Shown piece by piece: positions 10,879-21,074 of a stretch of DNA of 64,000 bases (position 1 is its first letter; each line of letters opens with the position of its first letter). The notes under the pieces are model-generated. The model was not told where the DNA came from. It saw nothing but the letters and a program-made list of their open reading frames with translations, and ran no database searches. The stretch lies in IMG/VR virus record IMGVR_UViG_3300032007_000008, one strand, 5' to 3'. A program made the position numbers and the translations under genes. The stretch comes from a virus (Duplodnaviria > Heunggongvirae > Uroviricota > Caudoviricetes).

Positions 10879-11484
10879 ATGAGCAAAACAACTTCACCAT
10901 ATCCGCGAGTGCATGCAGCGTTCAAAAAGGAATTCAAGAAACTTAGGGATTTCATAAGGTCTACAAACAGGTACGACCTAAAGAAGATTAGGGGAAAATT
11001 GAATATTTTTGAAGACACAGAACATTTCGTAGACAGCGACAACGAGGAAAACATGAAGGAGATAGAATATGACAATCCTCATTATTCCGTAAGAGAAATA
11101 GAGGGATGCAACCTCACGCGAGTAAAAGAGGATAAGTCTTCGTTTGCAATAGGCGATGAAAATGGAATACCGATAACGCCATTCGACTACATATGGGTTT
11201 CGAAAGAGGCCACTGGCGATAAGGAGCTTCTGATAGAGGTGATAACAAAGGGGGGCGATGCACGGTATTTCAGCGTTGACAGGAGAAAGCTCGACGAATG
11301 CATGGGAGTTGGAAGCGTTGGCATCGGAAACGTTGGGTCGCAGTCAAACGCAAGCGGAGCCGAGATACAGTATTCCGACGTTGGAAAAGAGATTCTCATA
11401 CCCGTAAGGGGGCGCGTTCCGCTGCTGTATGGTGCTGCGCGTGGAGGAAAACGAAAACGTCGATATTCGGGTAGAATTTACTAA
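10879..11484 (+). CDS. hypothetical late protein
   Basis: ORF. Likely start is ATG 10879, after CTAAATAG and a GGAG RBS. Confidence 0.6.
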   Translation: MSKTTSPYPRVHAAFKKEFKKLRDFIRSTNRYDLKKIRGKLNIFEDTEHFVDSDNEENMKEIEYDNPHYSVREIEGCNLTRVKEDKSSFAIGDENGIPITPFDYIWVSKEATGDKELLIEVITKGGDARYFSVDRRKLDECMGVGSVGIGNVGSQSNASGAEIQYSDVGKEILIPVRGRVPLLYGAARGGKRKRRYSGRIY

Positions 11485-11492
11485 TAGAAGAG

Positions 11493-12281
11493 ATGGACAG
11501 CGCAATAGCAGAAGCCACGGGTTCCATGGTGAACTCGATTCACGTGCCGAACAACAAGTATTTCGGCATGATGCGCGGCATTGTCATAAAAAACGATGAT
11601 ACGGAGTTTCAGAGGGGGAGATGCAAGGTATACGTCCCTGGCGTTTATCCAGAGAAGTTCAAGGAAAACGACGGAGAGCTTCTCCCATGGTGCGAACCCT
11701 GTCAACCTCTGTTTTGCGGTGGCGGAGGCGACCTACATAAAAACGGAACGTTCCAATATCCTGACGTGGGGAGTACGGTATGGCTGTTCTTTGAAAATAA
11801 CGACATAACGAGACCTGTCATGTTCGGACAGACCACCGACAGTGAAGGAAAGTTTGACAACAACATATGCAAGGTATACTGGGAGGGCATGTACATAGAG
11901 ATGGACAAGACTACCCATACCATAACGGCAAGCGCGACGAACATAACGGCAATCGCAGAAAAGGAACTCAACGGATATGCAGAGACCATAAATCTCACGG
12001 CAGTTACAGCCAATCTGACATCTACGACCACGAACATGATAGCGGATACTACAAATGTAACGTCTAACAACGTGACAAACGTAACGTCTCCCAACATAAA
12101 CATGTATGGAGATACTCTTATAAAGGGGACAGTTCACATAACAGGGGCAACGACAATAGATTCAAATCTAACAGTAAACGCTTCGGAGGTTGTTGCTGTC
12201 GATTCCGTCATCGGAGGGAAATCGTTTATAGGGCATATGCACACCGGAAATGTGGGAGCACCTACATCTCCGCCTTTGTAA
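11493..12281 (+). CDS. baseplate spike protein (gp5/gpV/VgrG-like OB fold + beta-helix)
   Basis: RGIVIKNDD...GRCKVYVPG...LPWC...PDVGSTVWLFFEN...PV OB-fold signature; Thr/Asn-rich beta repeats; HMH tip motif followed by TSPP. Confidence 0.85.
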   Translation: MDSAIAEATGSMVNSIHVPNNKYFGMMRGIVIKNDDTEFQRGRCKVYVPGVYPEKFKENDGELLPWCEPCQPLFCGGGGDLHKNGTFQYPDVGSTVWLFFENNDITRPVMFGQTTDSEGKFDNNICKVYWEGMYIEMDKTTHTITASATNITAIAEKELNGYAETINLTAVTANLTSTTTNMIADTTNVTSNNVTNVTSPNINMYGDTLIKGTVHITGATTIDSNLTVNASEVVAVDSVIGGKSFIGHMHTGNVGAPTSPPL

Positions 12282-12293
12282 GGATAAATCACT

Positions 12294-13163
12294 ATGGCAG
12301 CACCGAATAACATCGAAATAGTTACATGGGGAGTAGGATATTACCTAACTCTGCCATACAGTTATACAAATTATTGGCAAGATAAATACGATGAGTTTGA
12401 TGAAAAACCATATAATAATAGCTTTTTTTATTCATCTAGCGGAGGTCGTGGAGAATTTCTATTTTTTACCAATGATAGCGCAAGTGCTGGTAGAATAAAA
12501 TTTATTACAGATAACTATCTTTGGAATAGCAAATGGGTTCCCACAAGTGCAGAATACAACATTTTAACGAATCACACTGATGTTCGCATTCCAATGAATA
12601 ATTTATGGGGGAAAACGTCCTGGCTTACAAAAAATACTGGTGGAAGGGTTAGTAATTTATATACTTCAGCCTCTGCATATTTGACGAATTCAAAATATTA
12701 TCCAATATATTCAGCAGTAAGTTCTTTGAAAGCTGATTATGGAATATATTCAACCGAATCATTGCCGATATTTGATTATCTTGATATTGATAAAAATGTT
12801 TTATCGGTATCAAAAGCTACAACTGGGAATTTTTCAAATTCCATTACCATATCTTCGGAAATTTATAGAGATTCCAAATCAGCAACAGTCAGTTCAGTAT
12901 CTACAAATCCAATAAGAGTAGATTTTGCATGGTCAAATTCTGATGGATATTTACCAAGTGGGAATACGTATTCATTTAATGGGAATAGCATAGTTTATAT
13001 TGACGACAATTATATCGGGAGCTATATATACTCAAGATTAAACATAGAAAAATTCATTTCGGTTAAAAATACAGATGTTTCAAATTTTATATTGAGATTA
13101 CGCAATACGCCAGCTCTTTCATCGGCATATTTCCAAGCACCGACATCAATTGCAACATCATAA
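12294..13163 (+). CDS. hypothetical protein (AT-rich, putative structural)
   Basis: 289-aa ORF rich in Y/S/N, directly after the spike gene. Confidence 0.65.
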   Translation: MAAPNNIEIVTWGVGYYLTLPYSYTNYWQDKYDEFDEKPYNNSFFYSSSGGRGEFLFFTNDSASAGRIKFITDNYLWNSKWVPTSAEYNILTNHTDVRIPMNNLWGKTSWLTKNTGGRVSNLYTSASAYLTNSKYYPIYSAVSSLKADYGIYSTESLPIFDYLDIDKNVLSVSKATTGNFSNSITISSEIYRDSKSATVSSVSTNPIRVDFAWSNSDGYLPSGNTYSFNGNSIVYIDDNYIGSYIYSRLNIEKFISVKNTDVSNFILRLRNTPALSSAYFQAPTSIATS

Positions 13164-13174
13164 TTGGGTTTTGT

Positions 13175-14560
13175 ATGACCAAAAAAGACAGAATATATGA
13201 AGTATTAGAAACGCTTAGTGGTCCTTATTCAGAGGACAACAAAAAACTTTTTAATTTCATAATGGCCATTCCAACAGGAGATTCATCCATTTTGTGGAAT
13301 GATGTCATGGATTTCTTGAACATATATGTCAAGATGACTATAGACGAATTGAAAACTGGAGACTATGTTGATATATCGCAACTAACTGTTAAAAATTTTA
13401 GAAAAAAATATTATGATAATGAAACATATCTAGTTGTAGTAAAAAACATAGACGAACTGAATAAGATAAAATCTCCAAAATATTTTCCCAACCATTATAG
13501 CACAGGCGATAAAGAATATGTTTATGAAAATGGAGAATTTGTAGACATAACAGACAAACATGATTTGTATCTTAAGCAATATTTAAATTTTTTCTTATTG
13601 AACAAGTGTTTTACGTACAGCAAAAAAGACGGAATCAAAAAGGGTTTCAACAGGAGAAACAGGATAATAAAAATAGACGATGACTCTATTACGTTCATCA
13701 ACAATGAAGACTGGTCGTGGTATTTGGTGAATGAATTGCTTAATTTCAGAAATTTTGTAGATTTTCTCGAAAGAAAAAACAAAATAAACAGCCTATTTTT
13801 GACGTTATTTTCATCTGTGGAAAAGGACAAGCAAACTTCCGTTGTTGAAAATAACAATAATTACGATGAAATAAAATCGAAAATAGATAAACTTAGAGTA
13901 AAGTTCTCTTCAGGATATAAAACTAAAGCAATGTCCGATTCCATCTACAAGTATCTATCGTCATGGTTTGATATAGGATACAATTCGTCCATAGTTCTTT
14001 TACCTATTAGAGATAGACTTAAAACTGTATCAAGATACATAGAGAGATATTATCCAACGGAACTGCCGCCAGCAGATGCATACAACTACTTTAATGGAAA
14101 AAATTTTAATATAGCTAATCAATCATATGGAATAAAGGATGATAAACTTAGTTTAAATATAACCTATGAAAACAGTGAGGTGACTTCTAGGTATGTTTCC
14201 AATTGGAATTATCAATATTGGGCAATAGCGTCAACAAGCGAAAATTATAACGCATTTGGAGCGACTTCAGGAGATGTAGCCGCATATTATGGATACTATA
14301 AACCGTCAAATCCATTTAAGGAGAAAGAAGACGGTGTAAATCCTGGCGTATATGGACGTGAATTTTTTATAACAGACAGTGCTGAGTCAATAAAAACATT
14401 TTGTTTTTATGCCATGTCTTCTGAAAGCGGAAAGCAATATGACAAGTTTCTCGAATTTCTGTCAAGTTCCTATTATAATTCCTCTCCGCTGTCCACAATG
14501 GAGGGACATCCTGTTTCAGGCTATATAAATGATGTATACGACATTCTTTTTTCACAGTAA
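13175..14560 (+). CDS. hypothetical protein (AT-rich)
   Basis: 461-aa ORF. Confidence 0.7.
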   Translation: MTKKDRIYEVLETLSGPYSEDNKKLFNFIMAIPTGDSSILWNDVMDFLNIYVKMTIDELKTGDYVDISQLTVKNFRKKYYDNETYLVVVKNIDELNKIKSPKYFPNHYSTGDKEYVYENGEFVDITDKHDLYLKQYLNFFLLNKCFTYSKKDGIKKGFNRRNRIIKIDDDSITFINNEDWSWYLVNELLNFRNFVDFLERKNKINSLFLTLFSSVEKDKQTSVVENNNNYDEIKSKIDKLRVKFSSGYKTKAMSDSIYKYLSSWFDIGYNSSIVLLPIRDRLKTVSRYIERYYPTELPPADAYNYFNGKNFNIANQSYGIKDDKLSLNITYENSEVTSRYVSNWNYQYWAIASTSENYNAFGATSGDVAAYYGYYKPSNPFKEKEDGVNPGVYGREFFITDSAESIKTFCFYAMSSESGKQYDKFLEFLSSSYYNSSPLSTMEGHPVSGYINDVYDILFSQ

Positions 14561-14602
14561 TTTTGTTGCATAATGTCCGGTTGTATGCTATAATTGCTGT
14601 CG

Positions 14603-15613
14603 ATGAGTAAAATATTGACATGCACCGGCGAAAAAGATGACGACGGAAACGATTATTTGCTGAACGGAAAGAACAGCTCAAACGATTCATCTTCGACGAT
14701 AAACGAAAAGTCTCAATCTATAGGAAACGACGGAATAGATGAGGTTGTCGTTGATGTTTCCGTGAACAATACGAAAAATAATCTTTTGGTATATTTCAAA
14801 TGCGTTCAGCTAGGAGCTGATGGCGGAAAATTTCTTACAAGAACATACAGTCTAAGCACAAAAACAGGAACTCTCGGTATTTTTGATTTGCTTGATGACT
14901 ATTTTCTGAGACGCTACAAGTTTTTCCATTCTTCAAAAACCGTACAGGCGTTCATGTATGCTCTTGCGGAAGCTGAAAAGATTTTCAAGGAAAAGAGCGG
15001 ATTTTCTCTCTTTGAATATTGTGCAAAAGTTAGCGATACGGCAGTCAATGACACAATGGAATATCATAAAAGCAACAACGGTCTGAACTGCAAGCTATGG
15101 AGCGGGTACAATATAAGGGGGGAACTTGCGTTCTTCATAGAAAAAAAGCGGTCATTTATAAATATGGAATATTTCGAAGAACTTGGGATAAACACCGTAA
15201 AGTATTTCATAAAGAACATGAAGTACATAACGAACAAGCATTTCGTCGGGGTATGCGTTAACATAACTGCGGACATACCGCCATCCCTTTTCATAGACCC
15301 GTTCATAAACCTTCCGATGGTGGTATACATGCCACAGTTCACGGAGATTCTTGTAACGAAGATTGCGCATTCGTTCATGAAGACGGAAGCGTTCAAGAAG
15401 GCCGGAATCGACAGAATAAAGTTCGAGATTTATCTTCTGATGCCAGAGACAACGCTTTCCGATTTGAAGGGTTCGATGAAAAGTGACGGAGAACTCGTGG
15501 ACTACGATTCTTTTGAAGAAGAGGATTTTATTATTGCGAAGTTCAAGGAATATGATATAATAGAGCGCAAGATAAACGAATCCGAGTTCGATAGCATAAT
15601 ATGCTACAGTTGA
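14603..15613 (+). CDS. hypothetical protein
   Basis: ORF directly after the sigma70-like promoter TTGCAT-N17-TATAAT (14566-14594); possibly leaderless. Confidence 0.65.
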   Translation: MSKILTCTGEKDDDGNDYLLNGKNSSNDSSSTINEKSQSIGNDGIDEVVVDVSVNNTKNNLLVYFKCVQLGADGGKFLTRTYSLSTKTGTLGIFDLLDDYFLRRYKFFHSSKTVQAFMYALAEAEKIFKEKSGFSLFEYCAKVSDTAVNDTMEYHKSNNGLNCKLWSGYNIRGELAFFIEKKRSFINMEYFEELGINTVKYFIKNMKYITNKHFVGVCVNITADIPPSLFIDPFINLPMVVYMPQFTEILVTKIAHSFMKTEAFKKAGIDRIKFEIYLLMPETTLSDLKGSMKSDGELVDYDSFEEEDFIIAKFKEYDIIERKINESEFDSIICYS

Positions 15614-15617
15614 CGCC

Positions 15618-15989
15618 ATGACATCAGAGCAATTTAAAAGATATATACGGGAACTGGAAGACTGCTGCAAAAAGTCTTCAGACGATTCCGTTCTTCACTC
15701 CAAGAGAAAGATAAGCGCAAGAACAGCATCTCTGATAGCGTCGGACATACGCACTAAGATAGATTCCAACGGCCTTGACTTTGAAGATGCAATTTGCGTA
15801 AGTAGATATTCATCAGACAGGAAGGACAAGCTGCACAAAGAGCTTGTTAGGAGGTGTAAGGAGCTTTTAAATACACTTGCCGTAGTATACGCAAGGTTTC
15901 CAAACCACTTCAACGATTTCAATTTGCAGTATGCCATAACAGAGCTGAAGAATCAGCTGGAACTGGAGAAGGACGACAATGCCTGTTAA
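15618..15989 (+). CDS. hypothetical protein
   Basis: 123-aa ORF in a tightly packed operon. Confidence 0.6.
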   Translation: MTSEQFKRYIRELEDCCKKSSDDSVLHSKRKISARTASLIASDIRTKIDSNGLDFEDAICVSRYSSDRKDKLHKELVRRCKELLNTLAVVYARFPNHFNDFNLQYAITELKNQLELEKDDNAC

Positions 15990-16299
15990 GAAAAAGAGCT
16001 ACCAGGCTCGAAAGAACGAAGGGAACAACCTGTTCTTTTTAATTCTCCACAATATACTTACAGACAAGTCGGACGCTCTGTTCGAAGAGCATCTCGACAA
16101 TCCAACCTTCGACGATGTTTATACAAACGTAGGTGTCGAAAAGGCGTTGAGCAAATGCTACGATATTTCTGTAGTTAGAAAAATGGCGTCGATACAGAGT
16201 ACATACCGACGGATAGAGGAAAAGAGGCTTCACTATTGGTATCTCATGAAGGCACTTCCGAAGACTTACAAAACGATAGATTGGAGAATAGACGGATAA
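15979..16299 (+). CDS. hypothetical protein
   Basis: 106-aa ORF with a GGA RBS, overlapping the previous stop. Confidence 0.6.
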   Translation: MPVKKKSYQARKNEGNNLFFLILHNILTDKSDALFEEHLDNPTFDDVYTNVGVEKALSKCYDISVVRKMASIQSTYRRIEEKRLHYWYLMKALPKTYKTIDWRIDG

Positions 16300-16300
16300 T

Positions 16301-17008
16301 ATGGAAAACGAGAAAAATAACGCGAATTCGCCGATAAAGCAGTGTCCGACGGATTATGGAAACGCAATGAATTTCGAGACACTGGACGGTTCTCAGATAC
16401 TTCGTGAAGTATTGACTGACACATACGTCACACAATCAGGAAACGAAGACACCATGCTCAAGCAACTTGACAAGATGGTGGAATACACATACGCAAAGAG
16501 GGCAGGATTTGCAGGATACTTGAGTTGGTGCTACGCTCAGCTAACGTTGCTCTTTCTTCTCGAAAGGTATGAACAGTCGAAAAAGATGCTTGAATCGATG
16601 GAGTTTTGCGTAGGATGCTTCAGAAAGTACCTTATGACTGGAAACTATCTCGATTCTGGCGGAAAACCTACAGGATTCAGGAATTATTCGTTTGGAGAAC
16701 CTGAATCAGAAATGCGTAATACTTTACAATATGCTAATGACTGCTACCAGACAGCAAGATTGGTTCACAAGAAGTCTGGGTCTTTCGAATCGGGTTATTC
16801 CTTTCTTGTCGCAAGCATGTTATACCATACGGCAGTAGCCGAAACGTCGGCAGCTCTTGAAGATTGCTCTAAAATGGAAAAGCTCATAGACCACATCCGA
16901 AAATATATTGATTCGGTAATAGCTAACCCGCCAGAAACGAATATCGGAAACGACGGAAAGGACTATACGAATTTTTCTGAAATCTTAAAACAAGGAACAA
17001 AGAAATGA
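16301..17008 (+). CDS. hypothetical protein
   Basis: 235-aa ORF in the operon. Confidence 0.65.
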   Translation: MENEKNNANSPIKQCPTDYGNAMNFETLDGSQILREVLTDTYVTQSGNEDTMLKQLDKMVEYTYAKRAGFAGYLSWCYAQLTLLFLLERYEQSKKMLESMEFCVGCFRKYLMTGNYLDSGGKPTGFRNYSFGEPESEMRNTLQYANDCYQTARLVHKKSGSFESGYSFLVASMLYHTAVAETSAALEDCSKMEKLIDHIRKYIDSVIANPPETNIGNDGKDYTNFSEILKQGTKK

Positions 17009-17700
17009 TTGACATGATACATCAAAGCGTCGAGTTTCTCGACACGAAAGAAGACTGGGACCGGGGTTTAAAGAGGATAGCACGATGCACACGTGTCGCA
17101 TACCGCTCCGAAAATCTAGGAAAGACGGACGAGGAGACGAGAATGCGTGACGAGGAGCTTATGAAGCGGCTTCTTTTCAGAAATGGAGAAAATGCAGGCC
17201 CAAGACATACGTCTACCACAGAACACGCAGTGTGGGGTGTCATTCTGCACTGCTCAAGAGCGATAGCCAACGAGTTTGTCCGTCACAGACATACCGCGTA
17301 CACGCAAGAATCAACCAGATACGTGAACTTCAACAAGAAGAACGCGGAGTTTGTGGTTTCGACGGAATTTCCCCAGGAGGGGCTTGATTCTCTCCAAAAC
17401 ACATACGATGCCGCTTATAGCGGTTATCTGAAGCTCATCGAAAAGAACGTTCTCCCTCAAATGGCGCGTGATGCATTACCTCTTGGGCTTGCAACGAGCA
17501 TGGCCATGTCAACGAACATAGCCGAATGGAGAAGGATTTTCGAACTTAGATGCGATAAGGGTGCGCACCCTGACGCACGTTCAATAGCTTGGACGATACT
17601 TACGGTGTTCAACAAAAATGCGCCGTGGGCGTTCTCGGACCTTTATGATAAGTTCAAGGACTGTGGAATACCGTTGTGTAACTATACGGTTAGCGACTGA
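17005..17700 (+). CDS. thyX: flavin-dependent thymidylate synthase
   Basis: H.S..EH, RHR-x7-S (RHRHTAYTQESTRY), ARDALP and N..EW...F.LR motifs. Confidence 0.92.
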   Translation: MIDMIHQSVEFLDTKEDWDRGLKRIARCTRVAYRSENLGKTDEETRMRDEELMKRLLFRNGENAGPRHTSTTEHAVWGVILHCSRAIANEFVRHRHTAYTQESTRYVNFNKKNAEFVVSTEFPQEGLDSLQNTYDAAYSGYLKLIEKNVLPQMARDALPLGLATSMAMSTNIAEWRRIFELRCDKGAHPDARSIAWTILTVFNKNAPWAFSDLYDKFKDCGIPLCNYTVSD

Positions 17701-17734
17701 TTTGAATAGAGAAGATAACCATCAAACATCGATA

Positions 17735-17762
17735 AAAGAGCTGACTAATGTCAGCTCTTTTT
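17735..17762. terminator. bidirectional intrinsic terminator
   Basis: AAAAGAGCTGAC-taat-GTCAGCTCTTTTT between convergent genes. Confidence 0.8.
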
Positions 17763-18665
17763 CTCTATAGGCTCATCTCCAACAAGCTGCTCTATCGAGT
17801 GCTCAGACTCTGTAGTCTCCTGTTCCGCGTTTGTGTAGGCAGTTTGGGCTGACGCAGAGTTTGTCGGAGAATTTGGACTGGCGTCGGCAGGTGTTTCGGC
17901 GGAAGATGCCGTTTGCGCATTCGTTGGCATATTCGCAGTTTGAGATTGAGGCTGTACCGTTTGCGTCTGTTGCTGTGGCGTAGGTGGCGGTTCTGTGGCT
18001 TGCGCCGTATTTGCGGATGCCGTCTGCTCTCCTCCCTGAACAGCTCCATTTTGCGCAACTTGCTGCTCTGTGTTTTGTGACTGTTGAGATTGCTGGCCGT
18101 TTTGTGGTGTTTCGGCAGATGGCGAATTCTGTACAGCCTGTGTAGCCTGTGTGGTTTGGTCAGACTGTCCACTCTGCGCGGCCTGCTGCTGAGCGGACTG
18201 CTGTTGCTGTTGCTGCTGTAGCTTCTGCTGCTCGGCCTGTGCAAGCTCAAGCTCTCTCTTTTCCTGTTCCGAAGGCGACGTTTCAACACCGTCGTTAGGA
18301 TTCACTCGAATTAAGTCGCAAGGCCGTCTCATGCGCCTTGTCATGTTAAGGTAGTTTCTGCATCCCTTTGACAGTCCGTCCCAAAAGACGAATGACCTCT
18401 CGGAGTTGTGGTTCATGTGGTAGCTTACTATTGAACCTGCCGACCTTTTCCACTTATTCCACTCCGTTTCGTATACCTTGCAGCGTATGTGGTTTTCGTC
18501 GGCATACCTCTTTACGAGATTGTTTCCGTGGTCCGGCTTGGTAGAGGGGGAAAGTGCTGTAAGTATTACCGGCGATGTCGTGTACTTCCGTATGTAGGTT
18601 GTCAGCATCTTTGACAGCCTATCATAGTTGGCATAGTTGGAAGTGACATAAACGCCAATGTTCAT
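17751..18665 (-). CDS. SLOG/DUF2493-like domain with Gln/Thr-rich low-complexity tail
   Basis: EWNKWKRSAG...FWDGLSKG pattern of YspA/SLOG proteins, followed by a poly-Q region. Confidence 0.55.
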   Translation of the reverse strand: MNIGVYVTSNYANYDRLSKMLTTYIRKYTTSPVILTALSPSTKPDHGNNLVKRYADENHIRCKVYETEWNKWKRSAGSIVSYHMNHNSERSFVFWDGLSKGCRNYLNMTRRMRRPCDLIRVNPNDGVETSPSEQEKRELELAQAEQQKLQQQQQQQSAQQQAAQSGQSDQTTQATQAVQNSPSAETPQNGQQSQQSQNTEQQVAQNGAVQGGEQTASANTAQATEPPPTPQQQTQTVQPQSQTANMPTNAQTASSAETPADASPNSPTNSASAQTAYTNAEQETTESEHSIEQLVGDEPIEKKS

Positions 18666-18668
18666 TTA

Positions 18669-19292
18669 CTATTCCTTGATGTAGTCTATGTTGTACTTTG
18701 GATTGTATTCAAAGACTATCTTCAGGTCTTTGGAATTGAAGAAGCTGTCTGAAAGATACACCGGCTCCTTTTTCTTTATCAGCCCAAATAAAATTGATGC
18801 AGTGAGCTTTTCTATCTGTAGCTTCGGATAGCAGCATGCGGCAAGTTCAAAACAGTACAGACTTTCCGAACCATGTGTAAATCCAAAATCGTATGGAGTA
18901 TCGTCTTTTAGGTATTTTTCGGCTTTTGCAACGGCAGAAGCAGTATGTTTGCAAGGACGAAGAACTACAATCCTGTCGCACTGCATGAAATCTATCAAAT
19001 CCGTTTTAGTAACTTTTGGGGAGATGGAGTGGATTATTTTTCCGTTATCAACAACAACGCCCGCATGAGAATAGCTCCTTGAAGACGCTATGAAGAACGA
19101 ATCGAGGTATGAATCATATCCTCTAAGAACGATATCTCCAGGTTTGCATACGGAAATGGCCTGCCGTATGTGCTCGCCTGTCATTTTATACGATATGTCA
19201 TCGTAAAAAAGAAATGGCGGATATTTCGATATACGTATATCTCCGAATATCGTGAGAAACTTAGCCTTTATCTTGTACAGAAATTTTTTCAT
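18669..19292 (-). CDS. permuted papain-like NlpC/P60 (YiiX/YebB-like) hydrolase
   Basis: KPGDIVL, YSHAGVV (His first), PYDF and YCFEL (Cys second). Likely start is ATG 19292. Confidence 0.8.
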   Translation of the reverse strand: MKKFLYKIKAKFLTIFGDIRISKYPPFLFYDDISYKMTGEHIRQAISVCKPGDIVLRGYDSYLDSFFIASSRSYSHAGVVVDNGKIIHSISPKVTKTDLIDFMQCDRIVVLRPCKHTASAVAKAEKYLKDDTPYDFGFTHGSESLYCFELAACCYPKLQIEKLTASILFGLIKKKEPVYLSDSFFNSKDLKIVFEYNPKYNIDYIKE

Positions 19293-20244
19293 CGGTTGTG
19301 TCCTTTTTGCTAAAGAGTCTTTTTTCGCAAATTTCGGAAAGGTTCGAACAAAACTCATCCAATTGGGAATTCTGGTCGAGTTTTGATATTTTCTTGAGAA
19401 CTGAAATATAGCCGAACTTTCCGAGAAGCTTGAATGTCGCATCCGCTATTTTCCATTCTTCTCGGTCTTTTGTGGCAAATGCTTCCTCTTTTGATTTAGG
19501 TTCTGTCAGCGAGCCTCGCATGTCTCGTGATTCCTTCAAAAGAGCCTTAGCGTTTTCTACTATTTCAGAAGACAAGTCTCCAAAAAGCTCTTTGAACGAT
19601 TCGTTTGATTTTTCCAAGGAAATTCCGGCTGTATAAACATATTCGAGAACGGACATAATATAGTCGCGTATCTCTCCTATGAGTTCTCCATGTGTTGAAT
19701 ATATCTTTTCATAGTATTCGCCGAATGGGTCGTAATCGTTTGGATAAAACGTTGGGCCTGATTCCCATTCGTCGTTTTCGAGGTTGTAACAGCCAACGGA
19801 GAGAAGGTCTCGAAACTCGTTTTCCTGCACGTACAATTCGAATGGGTGGCTTAGGAACTTATCTTGGTCGTTCTCTTCAAACGTGGATTTAAATTCGTTT
19901 CCGAGATTGTCGTTTATTTTTTCCCTATCTTCAAGGGTCAAAGACGTGTCTGTTATGTGTATGTCAAGGTCTGAATCGTCAGTAAAGGCATTCGAACATA
20001 TCGAACCTATCAATCGCACTGTAGGATTTTTTAATCCATATTTGTCAATAGCCCATTTAGCCAGTTCAAGAGCTTTTTCCTTGACTTCAGGTTTTAGGAC
20101 ATACCCGGAGTCAGTCTTATCCCATATTTCTTCGCAGAGCGACGAACCATTTGCATAGTCCATTATGGATTCAGAAAATCTAGCTTCCTGAACGTCATTT
20201 TGACAGCTAAACGCTTCTGCAAATATCTTTGATGCTATCCCCAT
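19261..20244 (-). CDS. pol-beta superfamily nucleotidyltransferase
   Basis: GS-x8-SDLDIHI signature and a downstream ELYVQ acidic residue. Confidence 0.7.
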   Translation of the reverse strand: MGIASKIFAEAFSCQNDVQEARFSESIMDYANGSSLCEEIWDKTDSGYVLKPEVKEKALELAKWAIDKYGLKNPTVRLIGSICSNAFTDDSDLDIHITDTSLTLEDREKINDNLGNEFKSTFEENDQDKFLSHPFELYVQENEFRDLLSVGCYNLENDEWESGPTFYPNDYDPFGEYYEKIYSTHGELIGEIRDYIMSVLEYVYTAGISLEKSNESFKELFGDLSSEIVENAKALLKESRDMRGSLTEPKSKEEAFATKDREEWKIADATFKLLGKFGYISVLKKISKLDQNSQLDEFCSNLSEICEKRLFSKKDTTDEKISVQDKG

Positions 20245-21038
20245 TATCCAACAACCGATTCAAATGCGTTTTTATAGAGTCCAACCATTGAAACCCTATG
20301 CTGGGTCTCAAACGATTCCGTGATTGCCGATTCATCATATTCATCAAAATCGTCTTCGTCATCTTCATCTTCATTTTCGTCGTCGTCTTCGTCATCCGAA
20401 TCATCTTCTGGCGTTTTTTCGTCCGAGTCATCGTTTTCAATAGATTTGTCGTCAACTTCCGTCGAAGCATCTTCAGACGAAAACTCATCAGAAGCATTCT
20501 TCTCTTCCGAGTTTTCAGAATCATCAGAATTGTGTTCGTCATCAGAATCCATCTTAGACAAACGCTCCCCTTCAGGAACTATATTGCTATAACAGTCCTC
20601 AAGTTCTGTGAGGTGAGCATGTTCGTCATTGCAGATTTCACCGAAAAACTGACACAATTCAGGTTTTTCCTTTACCGCTTCGCTCTTCAATGCTGTTTCA
20701 TATCCGGCTATGGCCTTCTTTTCAGCGTCTATGAACATTTCAACCAATCTTCCTGTATCCTCGTCTGGGTTGAGTGGGCCATATGGAGTTGTGCAGTTAT
20801 TCTGCATATCGGAAAGGTCGAATGATACTACGATTCCTAGAGACTTTGCCATATCGACAAGTTCTTCCATGTGTTCAAACTCTTCATCGCTGTTATCATT
20901 GAAGATTCCGTTTGAATATTTCAAAGCTTTGCCTTTTGAGACGAATGCGGCATTCTTATAGCTTAGCGCAGCCCACATTTCATCCGAGATGAACGCATTG
21001 AACATCTCTTCAAGCGACGAGTTTTCCGTAATTTCCAT
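20244..21038 (-). CDS. ferritin/bacterioferritin-like protein with acidic tail
   Basis: DE..A...Y, EEFEH, AEKKAIAGY and DEHAH di-iron ligand pattern; D/E-rich C-terminus. Confidence 0.7.
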   Translation of the reverse strand: MEITENSSLEEMFNAFISDEMWAALSYKNAAFVSKGKALKYSNGIFNDNSDEEFEHMEELVDMAKSLGIVVSFDLSDMQNNCTTPYGPLNPDEDTGRLVEMFIDAEKKAIAGYETALKSEAVKEKPELCQFFGEICNDEHAHLTELEDCYSNIVPEGERLSKMDSDDEHNSDDSENSEEKNASDEFSSEDASTEVDDKSIENDDSDEKTPEDDSDDEDDDENEDEDDEDDFDEYDESAITESFETQHRVSMVGLYKNAFESVVG

Positions 21039-21074
21039 TTGTCACAATTTCGGTAATGTGATACTATTTAGGAT

